A stretch of DNA of 64,000 nucleotides from positions 640,762 through 704,761 of the forward strand of contig NC_047064.1 in the NCBI RefSeq assembly GCF_902459465.1, written 5' to 3'. Positions 1-11,384 of this stretch are shown here, piece by piece. Source of the DNA: Asterias rubens (Eukaryota). The notes below the pieces were generated by a model, which saw only the letters and a program-made list of their open reading frames with translations, did no database searches and was not told the origin of the DNA. How positions within the stretch are numbered: the stretch's first letter is position 1; each line of letters starts with the position of its first letter. The position numbers and the translations under genes are program-made.

Positions 1-302
1 TTGCAGTTTTTCAAAACGATCCCCTTCAATCTCCTCAACATATTGTCGAAATTCACTTTTCATTGTCTCAGCATCGTCATCAATTGCATCCTGTTGAATC
101 TATGCCAAGATTGAGATAAAAATTGAACAAAAGCTGTAAGGATAATTGTACAGATTACACACATTTTAAGCACACATGACCAATTTCGTAGAGTTGCTTA
201 CGCACAAACAATAAGCACGTAAAATTGGGCCAACCAGGGCCCAATTTCATAGTGCTGCATAACGATAAGCAAATTTTCGTGCTTACTGTAGCAAAAATTT
301 GT

Positions 303-665
303 GTAATTGTCAACATCCAATCTTCTTACTTGGTGTATCTCAACATGCATAAAAATAAAAAACTTGTGAAAATTTGAGCTCAATCGGTCGTCTAAGTTGC
401 GGGATAATAATGAAATTAAAAACACCCTTGTCACATGAAGTGGTGTGCGTTCAGATGCTTGATTTCGAGACCTCACATTCTAAATCTAGAGGTCTCGAAA
501 TCAAATTCGTGGAAAATTACTTCTTTCTCGAAAACTACATTACTTTAGAGGGAGCTGTTTCTCACAATGTTTTATACTGTCAACCTCTCCCCATTATTCG
601 TTACCAAGTAAGGTTGTATGCTAATAATTATTTTGAGTAAATACCAATAGTGTCCACTGCCTTTA
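303..665. mobile_element. MITE-A copy (5'-truncated), 3' terminus ...ACCAATAGTGTCCACTGCCTTTA
   Basis: Shares its interior (gtgaaaatttgagctcaat..cccttgtcaca..gatgcttgatttcgagacctca..) and its TIR with copies at 19777, 20314, 34130, 41233 and 47028. Confidence 0.6.
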
Positions 666-1136
666 TTTATATTAAGCAGCTCTATGAAATTGAGCCACGA
701 TATGAAGTAAAGATTTCCAAGACATACCCCAGCATCTATGAAGGCATCATGGAAGGGTTTGTAGAGTAACTGGAAGATTTCTTTACTGTGGTTGAATGTT
801 AGATCAGTTGTACATGAAATAGCCCGAGATGACTCATCTGCGTTCAGCATAATATTATTCATCGGACCTGTGGACAGATATTATGCCCAAAAAAGGTTAT
901 AATCCAATCTTTCAAAAAGAAGTTAAAAGGACATGGTTTCGAACTCTCTACTATTCCATGCTATGTAGTATGTGGAAGGACATGGTTTCGAAACTTTCTT
1001 GTATTCCATGCTATAAGTGGAACAATTTTTTGGCTAAAGGTTTGAGGTTACGTCATGTCATAAATTGAGTTTTACAGATTCACATTATTGTATATGTATA
1101 AAGACTACTACAAATTAGTACAACAATAGAAGACCA

Positions 1137-1348
1137 TCAGAATATAAACCTGCTAGTGTCAAGCACATAGGAAGGTTTCTTATTCACACTAGACACCATT
1201 TTGAGTAAGCAACTTTTTGGATGCAACAATAGATCAGAGCAGACATTGACCCCTGCTATCAGTGCTATAACAAAACATTTGCTTCCCAGAATGGCACCCA
1301 TGCCTAAAATTCTAATAACAAATCTCCAGTTGACCAATAAAATCTTTG
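1137..1348 (-). CDS. candidate terminal exon of the small membrane protein (stop 1137-1139); hydrophobic helix ILGMGAILGSKCFVIALIAGV
   Basis: ORF 1137..1337(-) stays open upstream to the acceptor tttaag|CA (AG at 1350-1349). Phase 1 is consistent with the exon-2 donor. The total CDS is 435 nt, or 144 aa. Confidence 0.3.
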
Positions 1349-1566
1349 CTTAAATATAGTAAACTCTTCATGGCACAACTGCCTTGTTCTTCAGATGTTT
1401 ATGTTAAAAAAAAAATGATCATGTACTTGTAGCTGAGGTCCAAATACACTTGAGAAAGTCTCCCGATAATTCGGCATGGTTGGCTGCCAAGTTTATTAGC
1501 ACCTCAAAACCTTTGAATGGCTCCATTGGATCCCTTCAATCTAAATAGCTCCCACATGAGGCAATG

Positions 1567-1783
1567 GACCCTTCCCATGAAATATTCTAATTACATTCAC
1601 GCATGCGTACAGACCCTGTTGGTTGGCAAACGCCATAGAGTTGTGCACTAAGCAGACGCGCAGTCGCGTCTGCGTCGCGGACCCATTAGCCGTGTACAAA
1701 ACAGTGCGATGTTCCCTCATTTTGCCAACCAAAACGTTAGTCCGCATGCGCTACGTGCAATTTACATCATCATGGGAAGGGTC
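1567..1783. mobile_element. MITE-F: near-palindromic ~217-bp element (TIR CAATGGACCCTTCCCATGAAATAT), followed by poly-C 1797-1813
   Basis: A second copy lies at 54420-54637. ORFs 1541..1747(-) and 54457..54699(+) translate almost identically. The interior is centred on the palindrome gcagacgcg..cgcgtctgc. Confidence 0.55.
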
Positions 1784-1920
1784 TATTGCCTCTGTGCCCC
1801 CCCCCCCCCCCCCGTTGTTGCCCTGATGCCCTTTGTTTCAAAGGAAACATACATATTTCTTTGAGATATCAAGGAAATCTGCATTTCCTAGCTTTGATAA
1901 CTAAATGATAAATTGGAAAT

Positions 1921-2013
1921 GGGGTTGAACAAAGAAAATTTTGAGTGGGACTCGAACCAAAGACCTCTGGATTAACATGCCAGCGCTCTACCAGCCGAAC
2001 TATTATAGCCCTA
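1921..2013 (-). mobile_element. tRNA-derived SINE copy (divergent subfamily): tRNA-like head with GTT-anticodon-like loop plus tail rc(AATTCTTTGTTCAACCCC)
   Basis: rc = GGGCTATAATAGTTCGGCTGGTAGAGCGCTGGCATGTTAATCCAGAGGTCTTTGGTTCGAGTCCCACTC. The T-stem is mispaired, so it is not a functional tRNA. It shares the tail motif with the copies at 33434-33765, 45421 and 51749. Confidence 0.5.
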
Positions 2014-2112
2014 TTTTGGCGGGCTCTCTATACAATTTAAAGTTTACTAAGACATTTTGCCTTGTGGTTAAAAATATTTGATATATTAAATGGAAGTGTA
2101 TAATATACTTAC

Positions 2113-2295
2113 CAGTTACCAATAAAAATATGGCATAACTTGTGATGAGACTTCGCCCAAACCGCCCAAAGAAAGTTGGCACGCTAAGTAGAACAATACA
2201 TCGAACCTGAACTGAGCAGGCAAATCCAAGAGCTAAAAGCAGGGTTAGAACTCCGCCAAACAATTGACGCTCTTGTTCTGGATAATTGAGTTTGT
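2113..2295 (-). CDS. candidate exon 2 of the small membrane protein; two hydrophobic helices (LFGGVLTLLLALGFACSV; IVLLSVPTFFGRFGRSLITSYAIFLLV)
   Basis: ORF 2003..2263(-). The in-frame TAG at 2296-2298 coincides with an acceptor AG. Entry phase 1 gives a GAC codon when joined to the exon-1 G. A consensus donor GTAAGT lies at 2112-2107. Confidence 0.3.
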
Positions 2296-2922
2296 CTACA
2301 ATACTGACATAAAGGCCTGCAGTTTGGAGGGGAAATGAAATGGTTTTAGTTTAGGAAAATGCCATGAAGTCTCTTCCATTTGGAACCAGGGTCAAGGGGG
2401 TTTTCTTCTTTGCTATCAAATATTTGTTTCTAAAATTTTGTGTTCTTTTGTTAACTTAAAGTTGTAATGCATTTAATTATAAAACAGTCCAATCTGTTGC
2501 TATTATACTGTAGTATCACATCCATAGACATTATAACCTCCAAATTAAGTTACTTTTTCTTTCATGTTTTTGATTTTTTTTTCCGGAACTGGCAAGATGG
2601 TAGGCCTATATGGGTCTATAATGCCATCGAAATAAATGGGGTTTGCCTTAGCCCAAAAGTAAGTGGTTTTAATTCAGAGAAAACACAAACTATTTCAAAC
2701 AAGACTTTGTCTTTGGAAAAGGTAAAACAATTAACGAATCATTACCTGCACCAAGCAGACCACCGAAGGCGAGACCCAACACTGTTCTTATGGCCACACA
2801 TTCACATCGACCAGTGCCAAAGAATATGCGGTAAATCCACGGACAGATACATTCAAGATACCCCTTTACAGCTGGATAGAATTAAACAAAAATCATGATA
2901 AAAAATATCTACAAAAATTAAT

Positions 2923-3010
2923 AGTTGCGATAACGTAACCCTCCTCCCGACGGCCGCGTAACCCTCCTCCCGACGGCCGCCGTCGGGAGGAGGGTTACGT
3001 TATCGCAACT
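2923..3010. mobile_element. MITE-B minimal foldback: TIR AGTTGCGATAACGTAACCCTCCTCCCGACGGC and its complement, with one extra half-repeat and no interior
   Basis: Direct inverted repeat seen in the sequence. The same TIR bounds a 159-bp element at 8449-8607. Confidence 0.5.
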
Positions 3011-3041
3011 AATCTACAAAATGCTCTCCTATACTTTTGTC

Positions 3042-3082
3042 AGTGGTTCAGTGGTTCAGTGGTTCAGTGGTTCAGTGGTTCG
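3042..3082. repeat. (GTGGTTCA)n microsatellite x5
   Basis: Direct tandem repeat. Confidence 0.9.
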
Positions 3083-3347
3083 ATTCTAAAAAAAGAACTA
3101 AGAGTCATTTAACTAAAGATGAGAAGACATAAATACATACATGATTACATGACATAAGAAAACTTTAATAATCTCCAAAGTAGTCCACCACTAGAACTTA
3201 GAAGAAATGACTTTGCTCGCACAAGTAAAAAAAAAAAAAAAAGCAAAAAAAAAAAAAAATGTTTTAGTGATGATTTTGAAATCACACTTGCTTATCGAAA
3301 TAAGATTGATTCGCATTAAATTAAAGATCAATATTAGCTCTTTGTCA

Positions 3348-3530
3348 TTGTGCAGGGAGCCGATTTCACGAAACTTTACGCAACTGCGTAAACTTGCAAA
3401 GCCGTAAGTCCACTTGCAGTTTTTTGCACAACGTTTATGGCGCAACTTTACGCCATAAACATGATAAACGTTGCGCAAGTGAACTTACGCAGTTGCGTGT
3501 AGGGTGAAATCGATGGACTTGCAAAAACAG
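3348..3530. mobile_element. candidate hairpin/MITE-like element with ~45-bp imperfect terminal inverted repeats (CGATTTCAC..GCAACTGCGTAA) and an internal palindrome
   Basis: Inverted repeats read directly from the sequence. Only this single copy is in the window. Confidence 0.3.
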
Positions 3531-3862
3531 GGTTGTCAAACGAAGCCTACTATTTACTAAATTAACCCCAAAAAAAATTAGGTCCTAACCACTGATTTTC
3601 GTTTTATAAAAGTTAAATAAACATAAGTTTCTGCATCACAATTTTGTTTGTCCTACGGCAGGGATATAGCTAGCTACAGGTCCGGTGAAGGTTACCAACA
3701 TGAACCAATCATACCACGACTTTAATTGGATTCGTTCAAACTTTCCGCCAACCGAGAGTGTCACAGTCCGTGCGCACCGGTCATGTTTTGTTTTGTTTTT
3801 TGTAATCGTATGAATACTGTATTTATTTTGCTTCTGCAATTGATCAGTCAATTTAAACTTAC

Positions 3863-3902
3863 CTGGTATGCAATAATCACAACATTTCACAAGACAACTC
3901 AT
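3863..3902 (-). CDS. candidate exon 1 (ATG at 3902-3900) of a small multi-pass membrane protein; encodes MSCLVKCCDYCIP then donor GTAAGT
   Basis: First ATG in ORF 3636..3932(-). Consensus donor gtaagt follows immediately (plus strand acttac 3857-3862). Phase 1 matches the next candidate exon. The upstream region is CpG-rich. Confidence 0.3.
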
Positions 3903-3939
3903 AGTTATTGCTACGATCAGTCCCGGCGACACCGAATTT

Positions 3940-4700
3940 TGTTTTCTTCAGCAGGTTGATCGTCTGCTAGTCGTCGGTTAGTAAGTAGGCCTCCTGCTGT
4001 GCACAGTGTCTCGTCGATCGTGTAGTAGAGAGATGTTCAGAGTGTTGTTGTCGGGCATGTGTGTGTGTGTGACGACGTACGTCGTACGTTAGTTTTTAAA
4101 AAATGCGTGCGTGCGTGTGTGTGTGCGCGGTATTGTTGTACGCGTTACTGGTCAGCGCTTTGCGATAATAGTTTTTTATGCAGGCTGTTTGCGGGCACCG
4201 GGTGGGCGTTCAACTTCACGCGTTGCGCAACGACCAATAGACCGATCCATTGCTAGACTTGTGGACAAGTCGTTAAATCGGCCCCACGCGCTGAGATAGT
4301 GCTCCCCCGACAACACTGCTCTCGCGCGAACTCACTGCTCTCGCGCGAACTGATGGCTCCCCGATTTCGACTGAGTCGAAATCGGGGAGCCATCAGTTCG
4401 CGCGAGAGCAGTGAGTTCGCGCGAGAGCAGTGTTGTCGGGGGAGCACTATCTCAGCGCGTGGGGCCGATTTAACGACTTGTCCACAAGTCTAATCCATTG
4501 CATGCATTGCAACGAAATAAAGCCCGACATGCGTGCGCGTATGCTTGGCGCGCGCGGCAGAGTTGTGCAGAAAGGCATTGTAGCTCTCACGTGCTCCTTT
4601 TGCTCATAGTCTCGTGAACGCAGTCTCGTGAACAAAGCGCCACTGCCTTCACACACGAAAACACCGCGACCGGGGCATTGACATCCCCAATGGCGCTACT
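3940..4700. promoter_or_regulatory. CpG-rich, GT/GC simple-repeat-rich block between the minus-strand small gene and the plus-strand PIP5K1; candidate promoter or CpG island
   Basis: High CpG density (cgtcg, gcgcgcg, acgtacgtcg) against an AT-rich background. It lies directly upstream of the candidate exon 1 at 3902. Confidence 0.3.
4253..4493. repeat. perfect 241-bp palindrome (120-bp arms, centre 4373)
   Basis: ORFs 4253..4447(-) and 4299..4493(+) give identical 64-aa translations, so the sequence equals its own reverse complement. Confidence 0.9.
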
Positions 4701-5399
4701 AAAAAATTTTATGAGAGAACGTTCATGTGATTCGGGTAAATTTAATAACGAAATCATGATTTGATATTCAAAGTTAATAGGAAAGTTTACTTAGTGTGGG
4801 CCACGCCTAAACGAACTACTATAATTGGATACATATGATATAAAAACATATACATATCCATATAAATTGGATACATATGATATAAAGTGTTTTTCAATGG
4901 CAGAAGAGATCCCCCACCCCACCCAGGTGCTGATGGAGGTGCCTCCTCCACCATCTGGCCTGTGCAAGGTGTCTCGCAAGAAGAAGTGACTTTTATCTGG
5001 ACTCTCTTGAAGACGTGACATGCATATGTGGGACAGAGCCACAAACTATAAACACCTATTTGGAGCGAGACTGCAAAATCGAGGACCTTGCACCCAGAGA
5101 ACAGTTTAAATTGCAATTGGAACTGTGTAAGAGTTCTGGCTGAAACATATCATCTAAGTGTTTGGTGGATACGATAAGAAGAAGAATGAAGTCAAAGTTT
5201 ATGTAAGTGGGTGAGAAATTCACCAGTACTGCAGTGCAGAGAATATCTTTCATTTTCTACTTTGTTGTGTATATCTATTTACTTGATCTTGAAAGGTCTG
5301 AAATTTTTATTGTTTGTCCCCCTTTCTAAGCCATCGCTTTTGGAGTCCCAGCAGAGAGGCTTTTTCCTAAACCTGAACTTCGTTTCCGTCTGCGGCTTT
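4366..5399 (+). repeat. segment E1 copy 1 (1034 bp, non-coding), identical to 6314-7347
   Basis: Four ORF pairs offset by exactly 1948 nt have identical translations. The segment begins with the right arm of the palindrome. Confidence 0.85.
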
Positions 5400-5400
5400 T

Positions 5401-6317
5401 TCAGATAAAGGATCATCCATGAAGTATAAAAGTCGAGCATCAACTATGGATGGAAGTGTAAGTGCTTTAAATTCTAATCGAGTTGGAAAATTTTTAGGCA
5501 TTTGAGGTTCAGATTTACTCAAGAGATTGGGTTGCTCGAGGAATATGCCAGTGATTTTTTTCACATAGCTCAAGAAATGACCGAGTATACAGTGCTAACA
5601 CATGTTGCAATTCTAGAGCAGTGTCATACCAACTAGACCACCGAGGTTGCCCGGCAGCTAGAGGCAGTTCGAATCCTATGTTTTGGCAGCGGGTACCGCA
5701 ACGATATAATAGATATAATAGATGTTGAATTTGCATCGGGGATAAAGAATATTAATTTTGGTTTTTTACCCATACACCGATGTGTGTTAGCACTGTATAC
5801 TCAGTACTTTCCCGAGTCCTGTGAAAAAATATCACAGGCATGTTACTCGGGTAACTTTTGTTTTCCCTCGCCCATCTTGAGGTATATTTTCTTATATTTG
5901 GTTTTGTACTGTTTGGCAAATAAAATAATAATAACATCCTAATCAGATAACAGTTGGTATCACATTGACATCCTGGTATTGCACGCATGTCGTACCTTAG
6001 TGTCGGATCTTCTTTGCATTGTGATTGGTCAATACGCAATGGGGCTAAGCTTAATGGATCGGTCTATTGTCTGAAACAAAAATCATGTTATTGGCCTGCT
6101 GGTCTGTCACAGGTTGTAGTTTGGGAACTGGCCTGGTGAACACTGACCAATCTTGTTTCTTTATCTTTTCTTCTATTCATTGTTCTATTGTAAGGGTGGC
6201 TGGTAATAGTATAAAACATTGTGAGAAACAGCTCCCAGTGAAGAAACTAAGTTTTTGAGAAAGAAGTTATTTTCAACGAATTTGAAATTCGAAAGGATCT
6301 GAAAGCACACAACTTCG
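5401..6317 (+). mobile_element. segment E2 copy 1 (917 bp); its 3' ~240 bp are homologous to the MITE-A interior
   Basis: Identical to 11385-12301 (ORFs 5515..5736 = 11499..11720, 5752..6039 = 11736..12023, 6067..6258 = 12051..12242). Confidence 0.8.
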
Positions 6318-7347
6318 ACTGAGTCGAAATCGGGGAGCCATCAGTTCGCGCGAGAGCAGTGAGTTCGCGCGAGAGCAGTGTTGTCGGGGGAGCACTATCT
6401 CAGCGCGTGGGGCCGATTTAACGACTTGTCCACAAGTCTAATCCATTGCATGCATTGCAACGAAATAAAGCCCGACATGCGTGCGCGTATGCTTGGCGCG
6501 CGCGGCAGAGTTGTGCAGAAAGGCATTGTAGCTCTCACGTGCTCCTTTTGCTCATAGTCTCGTGAACGCAGTCTCGTGAACAAAGCGCCACTGCCTTCAC
6601 ACACGAAAACACCGCGACCGGGGCATTGACATCCCCAATGGCGCTACTAAAAAATTTTATGAGAGAACGTTCATGTGATTCGGGTAAATTTAATAACGAA
6701 ATCATGATTTGATATTCAAAGTTAATAGGAAAGTTTACTTAGTGTGGGCCACGCCTAAACGAACTACTATAATTGGATACATATGATATAAAAACATATA
6801 CATATCCATATAAATTGGATACATATGATATAAAGTGTTTTTCAATGGCAGAAGAGATCCCCCACCCCACCCAGGTGCTGATGGAGGTGCCTCCTCCACC
6901 ATCTGGCCTGTGCAAGGTGTCTCGCAAGAAGAAGTGACTTTTATCTGGACTCTCTTGAAGACGTGACATGCATATGTGGGACAGAGCCACAAACTATAAA
7001 CACCTATTTGGAGCGAGACTGCAAAATCGAGGACCTTGCACCCAGAGAACAGTTTAAATTGCAATTGGAACTGTGTAAGAGTTCTGGCTGAAACATATCA
7101 TCTAAGTGTTTGGTGGATACGATAAGAAGAAGAATGAAGTCAAAGTTTATGTAAGTGGGTGAGAAATTCACCAGTACTGCAGTGCAGAGAATATCTTTCA
7201 TTTTCTACTTTGTTGTGTATATCTATTTACTTGATCTTGAAAGGTCTGAAATTTTTATTGTTTGTCCCCCTTTCTAAGCCATCGCTTTTGGAGTCCCAGC
7301 AGAGAGGCTTTTTCCTAAACCTGAACTTCGTTTCCGTCTGCGGCTTT
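6314..7347 (+). repeat. segment E1 copy 2
   Basis: See copy 1. It diverges from copy 1 after 7347 (ggctttGGGCTCC versus ggcttttTCAGAT). Confidence 0.85.
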
Positions 7348-8001
7348 GGGCTCCGTTTGATGTTAGAAACATCATATTTTTACCTCCATGGAAACACGGG
7401 GTTGAAAAATGTGCTCCAATCCGGGGGTCAAACTCAGCGTAAGTGGAAAATCACTGAACATTGACTTGAGTCAGCAAATACAGTTATTTACATCGTTGAG
7501 GGCGCTGAAAGAACACTGCTTTGGCCGTCTTTGTTATTAGACTGGTCCCCTGTCTTTATCATACGAGCTTCAAAGTAATGACGTCAGATGTTCGGGCAAG
7601 AAAGAGGCCGGTACTAAACTGGTACTCGATAAACCATTCAATAATGAATTGGAATATACAGCACACATGGAAACCAGCCAACATTTACAGGTTCAGTTGT
7701 TTCCGGTAATTGACAAGTAGAGAACTGAGAAATATCGGGATTAAAATACAACATTTTAGCAGAAAAGATGTGAAAATAATGAAAGTCGGCGACCTGAAGG
7801 AATCTTTATTGCTGCGAATTCCATGAGAGTGAACTGAATGGTCAGACGGAAATGTTATGAAGCTTAATAGTTCAACACACACGTGAGGCGACGGGCGGAG
7901 GCCGTATTTTGTACACAAAAAAAGACTGTGTGTGTGTGCTGCGGATGTGAATGTAACAATTTTTTTGAAATTGCTGTGTTCTTTTCTAAACGGGTGACAA
8001 A

Positions 8002-8080
8002 ATGGCAGACGCCGACACTCCAGCAGCGACTAGATTAGGGCAGGAAAGGGAAAGAGAACGAACCTTATCTGGAAATAGTA
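8002..8080 (+). CDS. PIP5K1: possible first coding exon of PIP5K1 (MADADTPAATRLGQERERERTLSGNS), donor gtaagt at 8081
   Basis: An ATG is followed by an open frame and a strong donor. Its phase (1) does not join the 12505 exon (phase 0), so an intervening exon is either missing or this call is wrong. Confidence 0.25.
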
Positions 8081-8448
8081 GTAAGTACTTGAAAACAATT
8101 AACAACAATGTCAATGTCATGTGTGAAGAAAGTCAGTCGGACTCTGGAAGACCGGAGTGGTGCTAAAAAGAAAATGTTTGCAAAGAGTATTGTTTGTAAC
8201 AACTTTTATTAGCACCAACCCAGGTCAAAGGTCAACGTTTACTGGGTCAAGGTTTTCATGATGGAATTTTGTGTATACTTTTTATGGATAACTTTCTGTA
8301 TAGCGCCACCACTTTTTCCCCTGAAATACTATTTCATATGAAATGAAAAAGCGGTGGCGGCATGCGTAAACTTTTCCCTTTTCAATTAGTATCAAGAATT
8401 AGACCACTTCGAGATAATTATACTAAATAGTAATAAAATTATTCTGGT

Positions 8449-8607
8449 AGTTGCGATAATGAAACCCCCCCTCCTAGAATTTGTGTCAGTGGTAAAAATT
8501 GAGCAAATCTGTTGATTGATTAATTAGACCATTTCGCCCTTTACATTCGTATTTGGCTCATAACCTACAGGCTCTGCTGTCGGGAGGAGGGTTTCGTTAT
8601 CGCAACT
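8449..8607. mobile_element. MITE-B copy (159 bp) with TIRs AGTTGCGATAAtGaAACCCcCCTCC / GTCGGGAGGAGGGTTTCGTTATCGCAACT
   Basis: The terminal inverted repeats match those at 2923-3010. Confidence 0.5.
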
Positions 8608-11384
8608 ATGCGCTGTGAAGGTGCGATTATTATAAGTGTGTACATCAATTCAAGCTGCATTCAAAATATTCATTCACAAATGGTGATGTCAATGAAATAG
8701 CATTTTATTTTTGTATAGTTTTTCAACTGTTTTATATTGTTCAACTTGAACTCAGTAATTTGTCTCTCATTCAATGTTTTGTACAGTCTATAGATTAGTT
8801 CCCACCTGAGGTGCTGTTCACACTTTAAAGTTGAATGTTTTTGAATGCACAAAGCAATTTGTTTTCTTCGCATAAATACTGCATGCGGCACAGACTTAAA
8901 CTCCTTGCATCATTCTTCAGTGAACCGCAGCATTAGACTGCTTTATGCGGCTCATTCAAGCCAAAACCCAAGTTGCTTGTAAAATTACGTCCATTACTGT
9001 CGAATAACTGCAACCAACTCCTCACAGGGAAGTGGTGTGGTGTGGCAAGTGGAAAACATTAGTGGTGAGCTCCCCTCATGAAAGTGGTCATTTGGATTTT
9101 ATCTAGCCTAGTCTTGAACGAGTCTATTGAAGGAGCTTCTCTTATACATTCTGGTAGGCGGTTCCATTCAACGAGTGTTCTTGGAACAAAAGAGAATTTG
9201 TAACAGTCTTTAATGGTTGAAGGGTGGGTGAACGCAATTTATGAGGATTTCCTAGTGATAATTTGGTTTTCCTGTGGTTTGAGTTGATACTGGTCCGTGT
9301 CGATAGCAATTTTATGGTGCACAGATTAATATTTAATGGATATTATCTGCACATATTATGGGGGAAAAAAAAAACCACCTTCCCACATGTGCACTAGGTC
9401 TCCTAAAAGACTGAGAACGAGTTTCAAAACTAGGGCAAAAGGCAAAATTTTGGATAAAGTACCAATACCCTTTAAAAGGTTTCAACCAAAACATTTGAAA
9501 ATTCTAGACCAATTTTTGTATGAGTATTATTTATTATGAGGTCTTCCTATAGTTTGTTCACAACACAAGACAACTTGATTGTAATTTTGTTACTTTCTGA
9601 TGTTTTTATGTGATAAATCATGGTTTTTGCGATTTAAGGTTTTGAACACAGTGTGTTTTGCATTGTTGAGTTTGACGCTTACCACCCCAACAATTCAAAA
9701 TCCAGCAGCATGTTTTGTTTGGGCGTGTTGCGCAAGCGCACCTGTTGAATGAGGTGCATTCTGGGATAGCTATGGATCCAATTTGATCCCTTGTTATCCG
9801 AAAATGCACCTTATTTCACGCCTAATGCGCACCTGAGTATTGCGAAAAACTTATTGTTACAGTGAGGAAGTATCCCAATAATTCGCTCATGGGTGTACTG
9901 TTTAGTGTTAGGGTGTTTTAATGGACCTGTCCTGTACTACACCCACTGCATTTTATTACACATGGTGACACCCCCTCTTGTTGATCATGTGGCAGTCCAA
10001 AGTCATTATTTGTGCTGATCTAAGTAATAGGAGATTCTATTTACAATCGCGTCTGTAATCTCAAAGTTATCTGTACAGTGGTGAGAAGGGCCTGCTAGGA
10101 CAAGAATGTGGTATCTTTAAATAGGGCATGATATCAATATTCTGGCCGTTCAAACAACTCAAATTTGAAGGTCCCCATGGTCCATTTTGTTGGCAAAAGT
10201 TGGTTTTGAGGTTCTTTAGTTATGGTAATTTTGAAATGGCTCTTAACGTTTGAGGACAAGAAAATGGAAAAAAGATGCCTTGTAGACTTTTGTAAAGTAC
10301 CAGGGGCTTTTCCCATTAGTCTCTTTTTTTCTCTTTTTTTCTTGAATGACCCCACAAGTAAACAAATACCACACAGACAAGATACACACACATACTGTAG
10401 CATCTTATTTTTTTCACACAGTCTGTTTTTATCTTCATGTAATATGTGATAAAGTGGCAGTAGGTACATTGTTTTGTTTTGATATTTCTTGTTATTAATT
10501 AGTTATGTCAAGATGAGTATAAATGTTTACAAGTGTAACTGTTGTATGTGTATGCGATTTTGTTATTACAATGTACGTGCTGTTTTGTGCCCAGTCACTT
10601 TCCAACACTACACTGATTGTACGTGAGCACAATGTAATCATTTGTGAATCTGACCTTATTTGAGAAACTATGTTGGCATTTTGAAGGTCAATAGAAATTC
10701 CATGGGCACTCATGCAAGACTGACCAGGTAGATACAGTTCACTGTCCATCATGGGATGAATTCTTATTTTGGTACTGTCTGTCTAGGAAAATGGAAAGTT
10801 GGTGTTTAAAGCAAGTTTACTGGCAATACATGTAGTCTGGAGTTTGTCCTGAACTGTTGGTGACTAGCCAGGAGGACAAGTTGTGTAGCTTCCACTGATT
10901 TCACTAGTCCCGGCCCCCAGCCCAAACGTACAATACAACAGGGACAGATGTCGTCCAGCAACTTTGTTTTAGCAAAATGTTTAGACTGTACAAGTTTTGT
11001 GCACACTGAATATTTATAATTGAGTGGCAAATGGTGGTTTTGGGGTAGCACTGGATACATTTTGGATAGCATTGTTCTCTGCTATATGAGGAAAATCGTT
11101 TTAGTTCGCTGTACAATTAAAGTCTTTAACACGTATAAATTTCCAAAGTATCGGATCAAATATCTAATTTTAGCATACTGCTACTTTTTGTAGTTGACGG
11201 ATTTGAAGGTTGGAATACTGGGTGTGACTAAGTAATGTACACCAAGAATGTGACATCAACTGTTTGTTTTGTTAAATTTGTTTGACTTAATTTGCACATC
11301 AGAAAGGAAAATGGCATTAATTGCCTTTCAATGTCACCTAATCTAACAGGTTTTTGTTTTGTTTTGATGTTTTCCTTTTCCTTC

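Noticed and set aside
1936-2012. Possible functional tRNA gene on the minus strand
   Set aside because: The D-arm and anticodon arm are tRNA-like, but the T-stem (TTTGG/CCCAC) and the 8-9 region do not pair properly. The sequence is fused to the SINE tail motif, so it was called a SINE or pseudo-tRNA.
4366-7347. An LTR retrotransposon (E1 = LTRs, E2 = internal region)
   Set aside because: E1 has no TG...CA termini. There is no primer-binding site or polypurine tract at the E1/E2 junctions, and no gag/pol ORF. E2 also occurs without E1 at 11385.
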